64,000 nt of DNA from positions 124,001 to 188,000 of the forward strand of contig JBHGNT010000043.1 of the NCBI GenBank assembly GCA_043228905.1. The letters run 5' to 3'. Source of the stretch: Azolla caroliniana. Taxonomy: Eukaryota > Plantae > Polypodiophyta. Below are positions 41,501 to 56,200 of this stretch, piece by piece. The notes beneath the pieces are model-generated. The model made no database searches. It was given only the letters and a program-made list of their open reading frames with translations, and had not been told where the DNA came from. How positions within the stretch are numbered: the stretch's first letter is position 1; the number at the start of each line of letters is the position of its first letter. The position numbers and the translations under genes were made by a program.

Positions 41501-42859
41501 GCCACATATGAACATTTTAATTTACTCACGCGCTCTTCTCAACCACCTCCTCAAATTTGGTAATTTCGTCATGTCTCTCGACCTGAGTTTCAAAATCTTG
41601 ATTTTTTAATTCCATATCATAGCTAGCGTTGTTAGTTTCGATTTGCTTGTTTGAACACAAAAATCCGATATCACACGAGCCACATATGAACATTTTAATT
41701 TAGCTACTAGCTCTTCTCAACCACCTCCTCAAATTTGGTAATTTCTTCATGTCTCTCGACCTGACTTTCAAAATCTTGATTTTCTAATTCTATATCATAG
41801 CTAGCGTTGTTAGCTTCGATTCGCATGTTTGAACACAAAAATCCGATATCACACGAGCCACGTATGAACATTTTAATTTACTCACGCGCTCTTCTCAACT
41901 CCCTCCTCAAATTTGCTAATTTCGTCATGTATCTCTACCTGAGTTTCAAAATCTTAATTTTTTAATTCCATATCATAGCTAGCGTTGTTAGTTTCGATTT
42001 GCATGTTTGAACACAAAAATACGATATCACACGAGCCACGTATGAAAATTTTAATTTGGCTACTAGCTCTTCTCAACCACCTCCTCAAATTTAGTAATTT
42101 CGTCATGTCTCTCGACCTGAGTTTCAAAATCTTGATTTTTTAATTCTATATCATAGCTAGCGTTGTTAGCTTCGATTCGGAGGTTTGAACACTAAAATCC
42201 GATATCACACGAGCCACATATGAACATTTTAATTTACTCACGCGCTCTTCTCAACCACCTCCTCAAATTTGGTAATTTCGTCATGTCTCTCGACCTGAGT
42301 TTCAAAATCTTGATTTTCTAAATCCATATCATAGCTAGCGTTGTTAGCTTCGATTCAGAGGTTTGAACACTAAAATCCGATATCACACGAGCCACATATG
42401 AACATTTTAATTTACTCACGCGCTCTTCTCAACCACCTCCTCAAATTTGGTAATTTCGTCATGTCTCTCGACCTGAGTTTCAAAATCTTGATTTTTTAAT
42501 TCGATATCATAGGTAGCGTTGTTAGTTTCGATTCGCATGTTTGAACACAAAAATCAGATATCACACGAGCCACGTATGAAAATTTTAATTTGGCTACTAG
42601 CTCTTCTCAACCACCTCCTCAAATTTAGTAATTTCGTCATGTATCTCGACCTGAGTTTCAAAATCTTGATTTTTTAATTCTATATCATAGCTAGCGTTGT
42701 TAGCTTCGATTCGGAGGTTTGAACACTAAAATCCGATATCACACGAGCCACATATGAACATTTTAATTTACTCACGCGCTCTTCTCAACCACCTCCTCAA
42801 ATTTGGTAATTTCGTCATGTCTCTCGACCTGAGTTTCAAAATCTTGATTTTTTAATTCC

Positions 42860-45340
42860 ATATCATAGCTAGCGTTGTTAGTTTCGATTTGCTTGTTTCA
42901 ACACAAAAATCCGTATCACACGAGCCACGTATGAACATTTTAATTTAGCTACTAGCTCTTCTCAACCACCTCCTCAAATTTGGTAATTTCGTCATGTCTC
43001 TCGACCTGAGTTTCAAAATCTTGATTTTTTAATTCCATATCATAGCTAGCGTTGTTAGTTTCGATTTGCTTGTTTGAACACAAAAATCCGATATCACACG
43101 AGCCACATATGAACATTTTAATTTAGCTACTAGCTCTTCTCAACCACCTCCTCAAATTTGGTAATTTCTTCATGTCTCTCGACCTGACTTTCAAAATCTT
43201 GATTTTTTAATTCTATATCATAGCTAGCGTTGTTAGCTTCGATTCGCATGTTTGAACACAAAAATCCGATATCACACGAGCCACGTATGAACATTTTAAT
43301 TGACTCACGCGCTCTTCTCAACTCCCTCCTCAAATTTGCTAATTTCGTCATGTCTCTCTACCTGAGTTTCAAAATCGTGATTTTTTAATTCCATATCATA
43401 GCTAGCGTTGTTAGTTTCGATTTGCATGTTTGAACACAAAAATCCGATATCACACGAGCCACGTATGAAAATTTTAATTTGGCTACTAGCTCTTCTCAAC
43501 CACCTCCTCAAATTTGGTAATTTCGTCATGTCTCTCGACCTGAGTTTCAAAATCTTGATTTTTTAATTCTATATCATAGCTAGCGTTGTTAGCTTCGATT
43601 CGGAGGTTTGAACACTAATATCCGATATGACACGAGCCACATATGAACATTTTAATTTACTCACGCGCTCTTCTCAACCACCTCCTCAAATTTGGTAATT
43701 TCGTCATGTCTCTCGACCTGAGTTTCAAAATCTTGATTTTTTAATTCCATATCATAGCTAGCGTTGTTAGTTTCGATTTGCTTGTTTGAACACAAAAATC
43801 CGATATCACACGAGCCACATATGAACATTTTAATTTAGCTACTAGCTCTTCTCAACCACCTCCTCAAATTTGGTAATTTCTTCATGTCTCTTGACCTGAG
43901 TTTCAAAATCTTGGTTTTTTAATCCTATATCATAGCTAGCGTTGTTAGCTTCGATTCGCATGTTTGAACACAAAAATCCGATATCACACGAGCCACGTAT
44001 GAACATTTTAATTTACTCACGCGCTCTTCTCAACTCCCTCCTCAAATTTGCTAATTTCGTCATGTATCTCTACCTGAGTTTCAAAATCTTAATTTTTTAA
44101 TTCCATATCATAGCTAGCGTTGTTAGTTTCGATTTGCTTGTTTGAACACAAAAATCCGTATCACACGAGCCACGTATGAACATTTTAATTTAGCTACTAG
44201 CTCTTCTCAACCACCTCCTCAAATTTGGTAATTTCGTCATGTCTCTCGACCTGAGTTTCAAAATCTTGATTTTTTAATTCCATATCATAGCTAGCGTTGT
44301 TAGTTTCGATTTGCTTGTTTGAACACAAAAATCCGATATCACACGAGCCACATATGAACATTTTAATTTAGCTACTAGCTCTTCTCAACCACCTCCTCAA
44401 ATTTGGTAATTTCTTCATGTCTCTCGACCTGACTTTCAAAATCTTGATTTTTTAATTCTATATCATAGCTAGCGTTGTTAGCTTCGATTCGCATGTTTGA
44501 ACACAAAAATCCGATATCACACGAGCCACGTATGAACATTTTAATTTACTCACGCGCTCTTCTCAACTCCCTCCTCAAATTTGGTAATTTCGTCATGTCT
44601 CTCTACCTGAGTTTCAAAATCGTGATTTTTTAATTCCATATCATAGCTAGCGTTGTTAGTTTCGATTTGCATGTTTGAACACAAAAATCCGATATCACAC
44701 GAGCCACGTATGAAAATTTTAATTTGGCTACTAGCTCTTCTCAACCACCTCCTCAAATTTGGTAATTTCGTCATGTCTCTCGACCTGAGTTTCAAAATCT
44801 TGATTTTTTAATTCTATATCATAGCTAGCGTTGTTAGCTTCGATTCGGAGGTTTGAACACTAATATCCGATATGACACGAGCCACATATGAACATTTTAA
44901 TTTACTCACGCGCTCTTCTCAACCACCTCCTCAAATGTGGTAATTTCGTCATGTCTCTCGACCTGAGTTTCAAAATCTTGATTTTTTAATTCCATATCAT
45001 AGCTAGCGTTGTTAGTTTCGATTTGCTTGTTTGAACACAAAAATCCGATATCACACGAGCCACATATGAACATTTTAATTTAGCTACTAGCTCTTCTCAA
45101 CCACCTCCTCAAATTTGGTAATTTCTTCATGTCTCTGGACCTAAGTTTCAAAATCTTGGTTTTTTAATTCTATATCATAGCTAGCGTTGTTAGCTTCGAT
45201 TCGCATGTTTGAACACAAAAATCCGATATCACACGAGCCACGTATGAACATTTTAATTTACTCACGCGCTCTTCTCAACTCCCTCCTCAAATTTGCTAAT
45301 TTCGTCATGTATCTCTACCTGAGTTTCAAAATCTTAATTT
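42860..45340. repeat. 7-monomer (1,245 bp = 7x178-1) tandem duplication
   Basis: CCGTATC ~42913/~44158, GACTTTC ~43186/~44431 and AATCGTGA ~43373/~44618; ORFs 43305/44550. Confidence 0.85.
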
Positions 45341-48300
45341 TTTAATTCCATATCATAGCTAGCGTTGTTAGTTTCGATTTGCATGTTTGAACACAAAAAT
45401 ACGATATCACACGAGCCACGTATGAAAATTTTAATTTGGCTACTAGCTCTTCTCAACCACCTCCTCAAATTTAGTAATTTCGTCATGTCTCTCGACCTGA
45501 GTTTCAAAATCTTGATTTTTTAATTCTATATCATAGCTAGCGTTGTTAGCTTCGATTCGGAGGTTTGAACACTAAAATCCGATATCACACGAGCCACATA
45601 TGAACATTTTAATTTACTCACGCGCTCTTCTCAACCACCTCCTCAAATTTGGTAATTTCGTCATGTCTCTCGACCTGAGTTTCAAAATCTTGATTTTCTA
45701 AATCCATATCATAGCTAGCGTTGTTAGCTTCGATTCAGAGGTTTGAACACTAAAATCCGATATCACACGAGCCACATATGAACATTTTAATTTACTCACG
45801 CGCTCTTCTCAACCACCTCCTCAAATTTGGTAATTTCGTCATGTCTCTCGACCTGAGTTTCAAAATCTTGATTTTTTAATTCCATATCATAGGTAGCGTT
45901 GTTAGTTTCGATTCGCATGTTTGAACACAAAAATCAGATATCACACGAGCCACGTATGAAAATTTTAATTTGGCTACTAGCTCTTCTCAACCACCTCCTC
46001 AAATTTAGTAATTTCGTCATGTCTCTCGACCTGAGTTTCAAAATCTTGATTTTTTAATTCTATATCATAGCTAGCGTTGTTAGCTTCGATTCGGAGGTTT
46101 GAACACTAAAATCCGATATCACACGAGCCACATATGAACATTTTAATTTACTCACGCGCTCTTCTCAACCACCTCCTCAAATTTGGTAATTTCGTCATGT
46201 CTCTCGACCTGAGTTTCAAAATCTTGATTTTTTAATTCCATATCATAGCTAGCGTTGTTAGTTTCGATTTGCTTGTTTGAACACAAAAATCCGATATCAC
46301 ACGAGCCACATATGAACATTTTAATTTAGCTACTAGCTCTTCTCAACCACCTCCTCAAATTTGGTAATTTCTTCATGTCTCTCGACCTGAGTTTCAAAAT
46401 CTTGATTTTTTAATTCTATATCATAGCTAGCGTTGTTAGCTTCGATTCGCATGTTTGAACACAAAAATCCGATATCACACGAGCCACGTATGAACATTTT
46501 AATTTACTCACGCGCTCTTCTCAACTCCCTCCTCAAATTTGCTAATTTCGTCATGTATCTCTACCTGAGTTTCAAAATCTTAATTTTTTAATTCCATATC
46601 ATAGCTAGCGTTGTTAGCTTCGATTTGCTTGTTTGAACACAGAAATCCGATATCACACGAGCCAGGTATCAACATTTTAATTTAGCTACTAGCTCTTCTC
46701 AACAACCTCCTCAAATTTGGTAATTTCCTCATGTCTCTCGACCTGAGTTTCAAAATATTCATTTTTTAATTCCATATCATAGCTAGCGTTGTTAGCTTCG
46801 ATTTGCATGTTTGAACACAGAAATTCGATATCACACGAGCCACGTATGAACATTTTAATTTAGCTACTAGCTCTTTTGAACTCCCTCCTCAAATTTGGTA
46901 ATTTCTTCATGTCTCTCGACCTGAGTTTGAAAATCTTGGTTTTTTAATTCTATATCATAGCTAGCGTTGTTAGCTTCGATTCGCATGTTTGAACACAAAA
47001 ATCCGATATCACACGAGCCACGTATGAACATTTTAATTTACTCACGCGCTCTTCTCAACTCCCTCCTCAAATTTGCTAATTTCGTCATGTCTCTCTACCT
47101 GAGTTTCAAAATTTTGATTTTCTAATTCGATATCATAGCTAGCGTTGTTAGTTTCGATTTGCATGTTTGAACACAAAAATCCGATATCACACGAGCCACG
47201 TATGAAAATTTTAATTTACTCACGCGCTCTTCTCAACTCCCTCCTCAAATTTGCTAATTTCGTCATGTCTCTCGACCTGAGTTTCAAAATCTTGATTTTT
47301 TAATTCCATATCATAGGTAGCGTTGTCAGTTTCGATTCGGATGTTTGAACACGAAAATCCGATATCACACGAGCCACGTATGAAAATTTTAATTTGGCTA
47401 CTACCTCTTCTCAACCACCTCCTCAAATTTGGTAATTTCGTCATGTCTCTTGACCTGAGTTTCAAAATCTTGATTTTTTAAATCCATTTCATAGCTAGCG
47501 TTGTTAGCTTCGATTCAGAGGTTTGAACACTAAAATCCGATATCACACGAGCCACATATGAACATTTTAATTTACTCACGCGCTCTTCTCAACCACCTCC
47601 TCAAATTTGGTAATTTCGTCATGTCTCTCGACCTGAGTATCAAAATCTTGATTTTTTAATTCCATATCATAGGTAGCGTTGTTAGTTTCGATTCGCATGT
47701 TTGAACACAAAAATCCGATATCACACGAGCCAGGTATCAACATTTTAATTTAGCTACTAGCTCTTCTCAACCACCTCCTCAAATTTGGTAATTTCTTCAT
47801 GTCTCTTGACCTGAGTTTCAAAATCTTGGTTTTTTAATTCTATATCATAGCTAGCGTTGTTAGCTTCGATTCGGAGGTTTGAACACTAAAATCCGACATC
47901 ACACGAGCCACATATGAATATTTTAATTTACTCACGCGCTCTTCTCAACTCCCTCCTCAAATTTGCTAATTTCGTCATGTCTCTCTACCTGAGTTTCAAA
48001 ATCTTGATTTTTTAATTCCATATCATAGCTAGCGTTGTTAGTTTCGATTTGCATGTTTGAACACAAAAATCCGATATCACACGAGCCACGTATGAAAATT
48101 TTAATTTGGCTACTAGCTCTTCTCAACCACCTCCTCAAATTTGGTAATTTCGTCATGTCTCTCGACCTAAGTTTCAAAATCTTGATTTTTTAATTCTATA
48201 TCATAGCTAGCGTTGTTAGCTTCGATTCGGAGGTTTGAACACTAAAATCCGATATGACACGAGCCACATATGAACATTTTAATTTACTCACGCGCTCTTC

Positions 48301-51300
48301 TCAACCACCTCCTCAAATTTGGTAATTTCGTCATGTCTCTCGACCTGAGTTTCAAAATCTTGATTTTTTAATTCCATATCATAGCTAGCGTTGTTAGTTT
48401 CGATTTGCTTGTTTGAACACAAAAATCCGATATCACACGAGCCACATATGAACATTTTAATTTAGCTACTAGCTCTTCTCAACCACCTCCTCAAATTTGG
48501 TAATTTCGTCATGTCTCTCGACCTGAGTTTCAAAATCTTGATTTTTTAATTCCATATCATAGGTAGCGTTGTTAGTTTCGATTCGCATGTTTGAACACTA
48601 AAATCCGATATCACACGAGCCACATATGAACATTTTAATTTACTCACGCGCTCTTCTCAACCACCTCCTCAAATTTGGTAATTTCGTCATGTCTCTCGAC
48701 CTGAGTTTCAAAATCTTGATTTTTTAATTCCATATCATAGCTAGCGTTGTTAGTTTCGATTTGCTTGTTTGAACACAAAAATCCGATATCACACGAGCCA
48801 CATATGAACATTTTAATTTAGCTACTAGCTCTTCTCAACCACCTCCTCAAATTTGGTAATTTCGTCATGTCTCTCGACCTGAGTTTCAAAATCTTGATTT
48901 TTTAATTCCATATCATAGGTAGCGTTGTTAGTTTCGATTCGCATGTTTGAACACTAAAATCCGATATCACACGAGCCACATATGAACATTTTAATTTACT
49001 CACGCGCTCTTCTCAACCACCTCCTCAAATTTGGTAATTTCGTCATGTCTCTCGACCTGAGTTTCAAAATCTTGATTTTCTAAATCCATATCATAGCTAG
49101 CGTTGTTAGCTTCGATTCAGAGGTTTGAACACTAAAATCCGATATCGCACGAGCCACATATGAACATTTTAATTTAGCTACTAGCTCTTCTCAACCACCT
49201 CCTCAAATTTGCTAATTTCGTCATGTCTCTCGACCTGAGTTTCAAAATCTTGATTTTTTAATTCCATATCATAGGTAGCGTTGTTAGTTTCGATTCGCAT
49301 GTTTGAACACAAAAATCAGATATCACACGAGCCACGTATGAAAATTTTAATTTGGCTACTAGCTCTTCTCAACCACCTCCTCAAATTTAGTAATTTCGTC
49401 ATGTCTCTCGACCTGAGTTTCAAAATCTTGATTTTTTAATTCTATATCATAGCTAGCGTTGTTAGCTTCGATTCGGAGGTTTGAACACTAAAATCCGATA
49501 TCACACGAGCCACATATGAACATTTTCATTTACTCACGCGCTCTTCTCAACCACCTCCTCAAATTTGGTAATTTCGTCATGTCTCTCGACCTGAGTTTCA
49601 AAATCTTGATTTTTTAATTCCATATCATAGCTAGCGTTGTTAGTTTCGATTTGCTTGTTTGAACACAAAAATCCGATATCACACGAGCCACATATGAACA
49701 TTTTAATTTAGCTACTAGCTCTTCTCAACCACCTCCTCAAATTTGGTAATTTCTTCATGTCTCTCGACCTGACTTTCAAAATCTTGATTTTTTAATTCTA
49801 TATCATAGCTAGCGTTGTTAGCTTCGATTCGCATGTTTGAACACAAAAATCCGATATCACACGAGCCACGTATGAACATTTTAATTTACTCACGCGCTCT
49901 TCTCAACTCCCTCCTCAAATTTGCTAATTTCGTCATGTATCTCTACCTGAGTTTCAAAATCTTAATTTTTTAATTCCATATCATAGCTAGCGTTGTTAGC
50001 TTCGATTTGCTTGTTTGAACACAGAAATCCGATATCACACGAGCCAGGTATCAACATTTTAATTTAGCTACTAGCTCTTCTCAACAACCTCCTCAAATTT
50101 GGTAATTTCCTCATGTCTCTCGACCTGAGTTTCAAAATATTCATTTTTTAATTCCATATCATAGCTAGCGTTGTTAGCTTCGATTTGCATGTTTGAACAC
50201 AGAAATTCGATATCACACGAGCCACGTATGAACATTTTAATTTAGCTACTAGCTCTTTTGAACTCCCTCCTCAAATTTGGTAATTTCTTCATGTCTCTCG
50301 ACCTGAGTTTGAAAATCTTGGTTTTTTAATTCTATATCATAGCTAGCGTTGTTAGCTTCGATTCGCATGTTTGAACACAAAAATCCGATATCACACGAGC
50401 CACGTATGAACATTTTAATTTACTCACGCGCTCTTCTCAACTCCCTCCTCAAATTTGCTAATTTCGTCATGTCTCTCTACCTGAGTTTCAAAATTTTGAT
50501 TTTCTAATTCGATATCATAGCTAGCGTTGTTAGTTTCGATTTGCATGTTTGAACACAAAAATCCGATATCACACGAGCCACGTATGAAAATTTTAATTTA
50601 CTCACGCGCTCTTCTCAACTCCCTCCTCAAATTTGCTAATTTCGTCATGTCTCTCGACCTGAGTTTCAAAATCTTGATTTTTTAATTCCATATCATAGGT
50701 AGCGTTGTCAGTTTCGATTCGGATGTTTGAACACGAAAATCCGATATCACACGAGCCACGTATGAAAATTTTAATTTGGCTACTACCTCTTCTCAACCAC
50801 CTCCTCAAATTTGGTAATTTCGTCATGTCTCTTGACCTGAGTTTCAAAATCTTGATTTTTTAAATCCATTTCATAGCTAGCGTTGTTAGCTTCGATTCAG
50901 AGGTTTGAACACTAAAATCCGATATCACACGAGCCACATATGAACATTTTAATTTACTCACGCGCTCTTCTCAACCACCTCCTCAAATTTGGTAATTTCG
51001 TCATGTCTCTCGACCTGAGTATCAAAATCTTGATTTTTTAATTCCATATCATAGGTAGCGTTGTTAGTTTCGATTCGCATGTTTGAACACAAAAATCCGA
51101 TATCACACGAGCCAGGTATCAACATTTTAATTTAGCTACTAGCTCTTCTCAACCACCTCCTCAAATTTGGTAATTTCTTCATGTCTCTTGACCTGAGTTT
51201 CAAAATCTTGGTTTTTTAATTCTATATCATAGCTAGCGTTGTTAGCTTCGATTCGGAGGTTTGAACACTAAAATCCGACATCACACGAGCCACATATGAA

Positions 51301-53050
51301 TATTTTAATTTACTCACGCGCTCTTCTCAACTCCCTCCTCAAATTTGCTAATTTCGTCATGTCTCTCTACCTGAGTTTCAAAATCTTGATTTTTTAATTC
51401 CATATCATAGCTAGCGTTGTTAGTTTCGATTTGCATGTTTGAACACAAAAATCCGATATCACACGAGCCACGTATGAAAATTTTAATTTGGCTACTAGCT
51501 CTTCTCAACCACCTCCTCAAATTTGGTAATTTCGTCATGTCTCTCGACCTAAGTTTCAAAATCTTGATTTTTTAATTCTATATCATAGCTAGCGTTGTTA
51601 GCTTCGATTCGGAGGTTTGAACACTAAAATCCGATATGACACGAGCCACATATGAACATTTTAATTTACTCACGCGCTCTTCTCAACCACCTCCTCAAAT
51701 TTGGTAATTTCGTCATGTCTCTCGACCTGAGTTTCACAATTTTGATTTTTTAATTCCATATCATAGGTAGCGTTGTTAGTTTCGATGTGCTTGTTTGAAC
51801 ACAAAAATCCGATATCACACGAGCCACATATGAACATTTTAATTTAGCTACTAGCTCTTCTCAACCACCTCCTCAAATTTGGTAATTTCTTCATGTCTCT
51901 TGACCTGAGTTTCAAAATCTTGGTTTTTTAATTCTATATCATAGCTAGCGTTGTTAGCTTCGATTCGCATGTTTGAACACAAAAATCCGATATCACACGA
52001 GCCACGTATGAACATTTTAATTTACTCACGCGCTCTTCTCAACTCCCTCCTCAAATTTGCTAATTTCGTCATGTATCTCTACCTGAGTTTCAAAATCTTA
52101 ATTTTTTAATTCCATATCATAGCTAGCGTTGTTAGTTTCGATTTGCATGTTTGAACACAAAAATACGATATCACACGAGCCACGTATGAAAATTTTAATT
52201 TGGCTACTAGCTCTTCTCAACCACCTCCTCAAATTTAGTAATTTCGTCATGTCTCTCGACCTGAGTTTCAAAATCTTGATTTTTTAATTCTATATCATAG
52301 CTAGCGTTGTTAGCTTCGATTCGGAGGTTTGAACACTAAAATCCGATATCACACGAGCCACATATGAACATTTTAATTTACTCACGCGCTCTTCTCAACC
52401 ACCTCCTCAAATTTGGTAATTTCGTCATGTCTCTCGACCTGAGTTTCAAAATCTTGATTTTCTAAATCCATATCATAGCTAGCGTTGTTAGCTTCGATTC
52501 AGAGGTTTGAACACTAAAATCCGATATCGCACGAGCCACATATGAACATTTTAATTTACTCACGCGCTCTTCTCAACTCCCTCCTCAAATTTGCTAATTT
52601 CGTCATGTCTCTCTACCTGAGTTTCAAAATCTTGATTTTTTAATTCCATATCATAGGTAGCGTTGTTAGTTTCGATTCGCATGTTTGAACACAAAAATCA
52701 GATATCACACGAGCCACGTATGAAAATTTTAATTTGGCTACTAGCTCTTCTCAACCACCTCCTCAAATTTAGTAATTTCGTCATGTCTCTCGACCTGAGT
52801 TTCAAAATCTTGATTTTTTAATTCTATATCATAGCTAGCGTTGTTAGCTTCGATTCGGAGGTTTGAACACTAAAATCCGATATCACACGAGCCACATATG
52901 AACATTTTAATTTACTCACGCGCTCTTCTCAACCACCTCCTCAAATTTGGTAATTTCGTCATGTCTCTCGACCTGAGTTTCAAAATCTTGATTTTTTAAT
53001 TCCATATCATAGCTAGCGTTGTTAGTTTCGATTTGCTTGTTTGAACACAA
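44950..53050. repeat. 19-monomer (3,382 bp) higher-order repeat, about 2.4 copies
   Basis: AAATATTCATT (~46753/~50135), GTTTGAAAATC (~46925/~50307), CTACCTCTTC (47401/50783), GAGTATC (~47636/~51018), CCTAAG (~48166/~51548), ATATCGCAC (~49142/~52524) and AATCAGAT (45934/49316/52698). Confidence 0.88.
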
Positions 53051-53264
53051 AAATCCGTATCACACGAGCCACGTATGAACATTTTAATTTAGCTACTAGC
53101 TTTTCTCAACCACCTCCTCAAATTTGGTAATTTCGTCATGTCTCTCGACCTGAGTTTCAAAATCTTGATTTTTTAATTCCATATCATAGCTAGCGTTGTT
53201 AGTTTCGATTTGCTTGTTTGAACACAAAAATCCGATATCACACGAGCCACATATGAACATTTTA

Positions 53265-56200
53265 ATTTAGCTACTAGCTCTTCTCAACCACCTCCTCAAA
53301 TTTGGTGATTTCTTCATGTCTCTCGACCTGACTTTCAAAATCTTGATTTTTTAATTCTATATCATAGCTAGCGTTGTTAGCTTCGATTCGCATGTTTGAA
53401 CACAAAAATCCGATATCACACGAGCCACGTATGAACATTTTAATTTACTCACGCGCTCTTCTCAACTCCCTCCTCAAATTTGCTAATTTCGTCATGTATC
53501 TCTACCTGAGTTTCAAAATCTTGATTTTTTAATTCCATATCATAGCTAGCGTTGTTAGCTTCGATTTGCTTGTTTGAACACAGAAATCCGATATCACACG
53601 AGCCAGGTATCAACATTTTAATTTAGCTACTAGCTCTTCTCAACCACCTCCTCAAATTTGGTAATTTCGTCATGTCTCTCGACCTGAGTTTCAAAATCTT
53701 CATTTTTTAATTCCATATCATAGCTAGCGTTGTTAGCTTCGATTTGCATGTTTGAACACAGAAATTCGATATCACACGAGCCACGTATGAACATTTTAAT
53801 TTAGCTACTAGCTCTTTTGAACTCCCTCCTCAAATTTGGTAATTTCTTCATGTCTCTCGACCTGAGTTTCAAAATCTTGATTTTTTAATTCTATATCATA
53901 GCTAGCGTTGTTAGCTTCGATTCGCATGTTTGAACACAAAAATCCGATATCACACGAGCCACGTATGAACATTTTAATTTACTCACGCGCTCTTCTCAAC
54001 TCCCTCCTCAAATTTGCTAATTTCGTCATGTATCTCTACCTGAGTTTCAAAATCTTGATTTTTTAATTCCATATCATAGCTAGCGTTGGTAGCTTCGATT
54101 TGCTTGTTTGAACACAGAAATCCGATATCACACGAGCCAGGTATCAACATTTTAATTTAGCTACTAGCTCTTCTCAACAACCTCCTCAAATTTGGTAATT
54201 TCCTCATGTCTCTCGACCTGAGTTTCAAAATCTTCATTTTTTAATTCCATATCATAGCTAGCGTTGTTAGCTTCGATTTGCATGTTTGAACACAGAAATT
54301 CGATATCACACGAGCCACGTATGAACATTTTAATTTAGCTACTAGCTCTTTTGAACTCCCTCCTCAAATTTGGTAATTTCTTCATGTCTCTCGACCTGAG
54401 TTTCAAAATCTTGATTTTTTAATTCTATATCATAGCTAGCGTTGTTAGCTTCGATTCGCATGTTTGAACACAAAAATCCGTATCACACGAGCCACGTATG
54501 AACATTTTAATTTAGCTACTAGCTCTTCTCAACCACCTCCTCAAATTTGGTAATTTCGTCATGTCTCTCGACCTGAGTTTCAAATTCTTGATTTTTTAAA
54601 TCCATATCATAGCTAGCGTTGTTAGCTTCGATTCGGAGGTTTGAACACTAAAATCCGATATCACACGAGCCACATATGAACATTTTAATTTAGCTACTAG
54701 CTCTTCTGAACCACCTCCTCAAATTTGGTAATTTCTTCATGTCTCTCGATCTGAGTTTCAAAATCTTGATTTTTTAATTCTATATCATAGCTAGCGTTGT
54801 TAGCTTCGATTCGCATGTTTGAACACAAAAATCCGATATCACACGAGCCACGTATGAAAATTTTAATTTGGCTACTAGCTCTTCTCAACCACCTCCTCAA
54901 ATTTGGTAATTTCGTCATGTCTCTCGACCTGAGATTCAAAATCTTGATTTTTTAATTCTATATCATAGCTAGCGTTGTTAGCTTCGATTCGGAGGTTTGA
55001 ACACTAAAATCCGATATGACACGAGCCACATATGAACATTTTAATTTACTCACGCGCTCTTCTCAACCACCTCCTCAAATTTGGTAATTTCGTCATGTCT
55101 CTCGACCTGAGTTTCAAAATCTTGATTTTTTAATTCCATATCATAGCTAGCGTTGTTAGTTTCGATTTGCTTGTTTGAACACAAAAATCCGATATCACAC
55201 GAGCCACGTATGAACATTTTAATTTAGCTACTAGCTCTTCTCAACCACCTCCTCAAATTTGGTAATTTCTTCATGTCTCTCGACCTGAGTTTCAAAATCT
55301 TGATTCTTTAATTCGATATCATAGCTAGCTTTGTTAGCTTCGATTCGCATGTTTGAACACAAAAATCCGATATCACACGAGCCACGTATGAACATTTTAA
55401 TTTAGCTACTAGCTCTTCTCAACCACCTCCTCAAATTTGGTAATTTCGTCATGTCTGTCGACCTGAGTTTCAAAATCTTGATTCTTTAATTCGATATCAT
55501 AGCTAGCGTTGTTAGCTTCGATTCGGAGGTTTGAACACTAAAATCCGATATCACACGAGCCACATATGAACATTTTAATTTACTCACGCGCTCTTCTCAA
55601 CCACCTCCTCAAATTTGGTAATTTCGTCATGTCTCTCGACCTGAGTTTCAAAATCTCTATTTTTTAATTCCATATCATAGCTAGCGTTGTTAATTTAGCT
55701 ACTAGCTCTTCTCAACCACCTCCTCAAATTTGGTAATTTCTTCATGTCTCTCGACCTGACTTTCAAAATCTTGATTTTTTAATTCTATATCATAGCTAGC
55801 GTTGTTAGCTTCGATTCGCATGTTTGAACACAAAAATCCGATATCACACGAGCCACGTATGAACATTTTAATTTACTCACGCGCTCTTCTCAACTCCCTC
55901 CTCAAATTTGCTAATTTCGTCATGTATCTCTACCTGAGTTTCAAAATCTTGATTTTTTAATTCCATATCATAGCTAGCGTTGTTAGCTTCGATTTGCTTG
56001 TTTGAACACAGAAATCCGATATCACACGAGCCAGGTATCAACATTTTAATTTAGCTACTAGCTCTTCTCAACCACCTCCTCAAATTTGGTAATTTCGTCA
56101 TGTCTCTCGACCTGAGTTTCAAAATCTTCATTTTTTAATTCCATATCATAGCTAGCGTTGTTAGCTTCGATTTGCATGTTTGAACACAGAAATTCGATAT

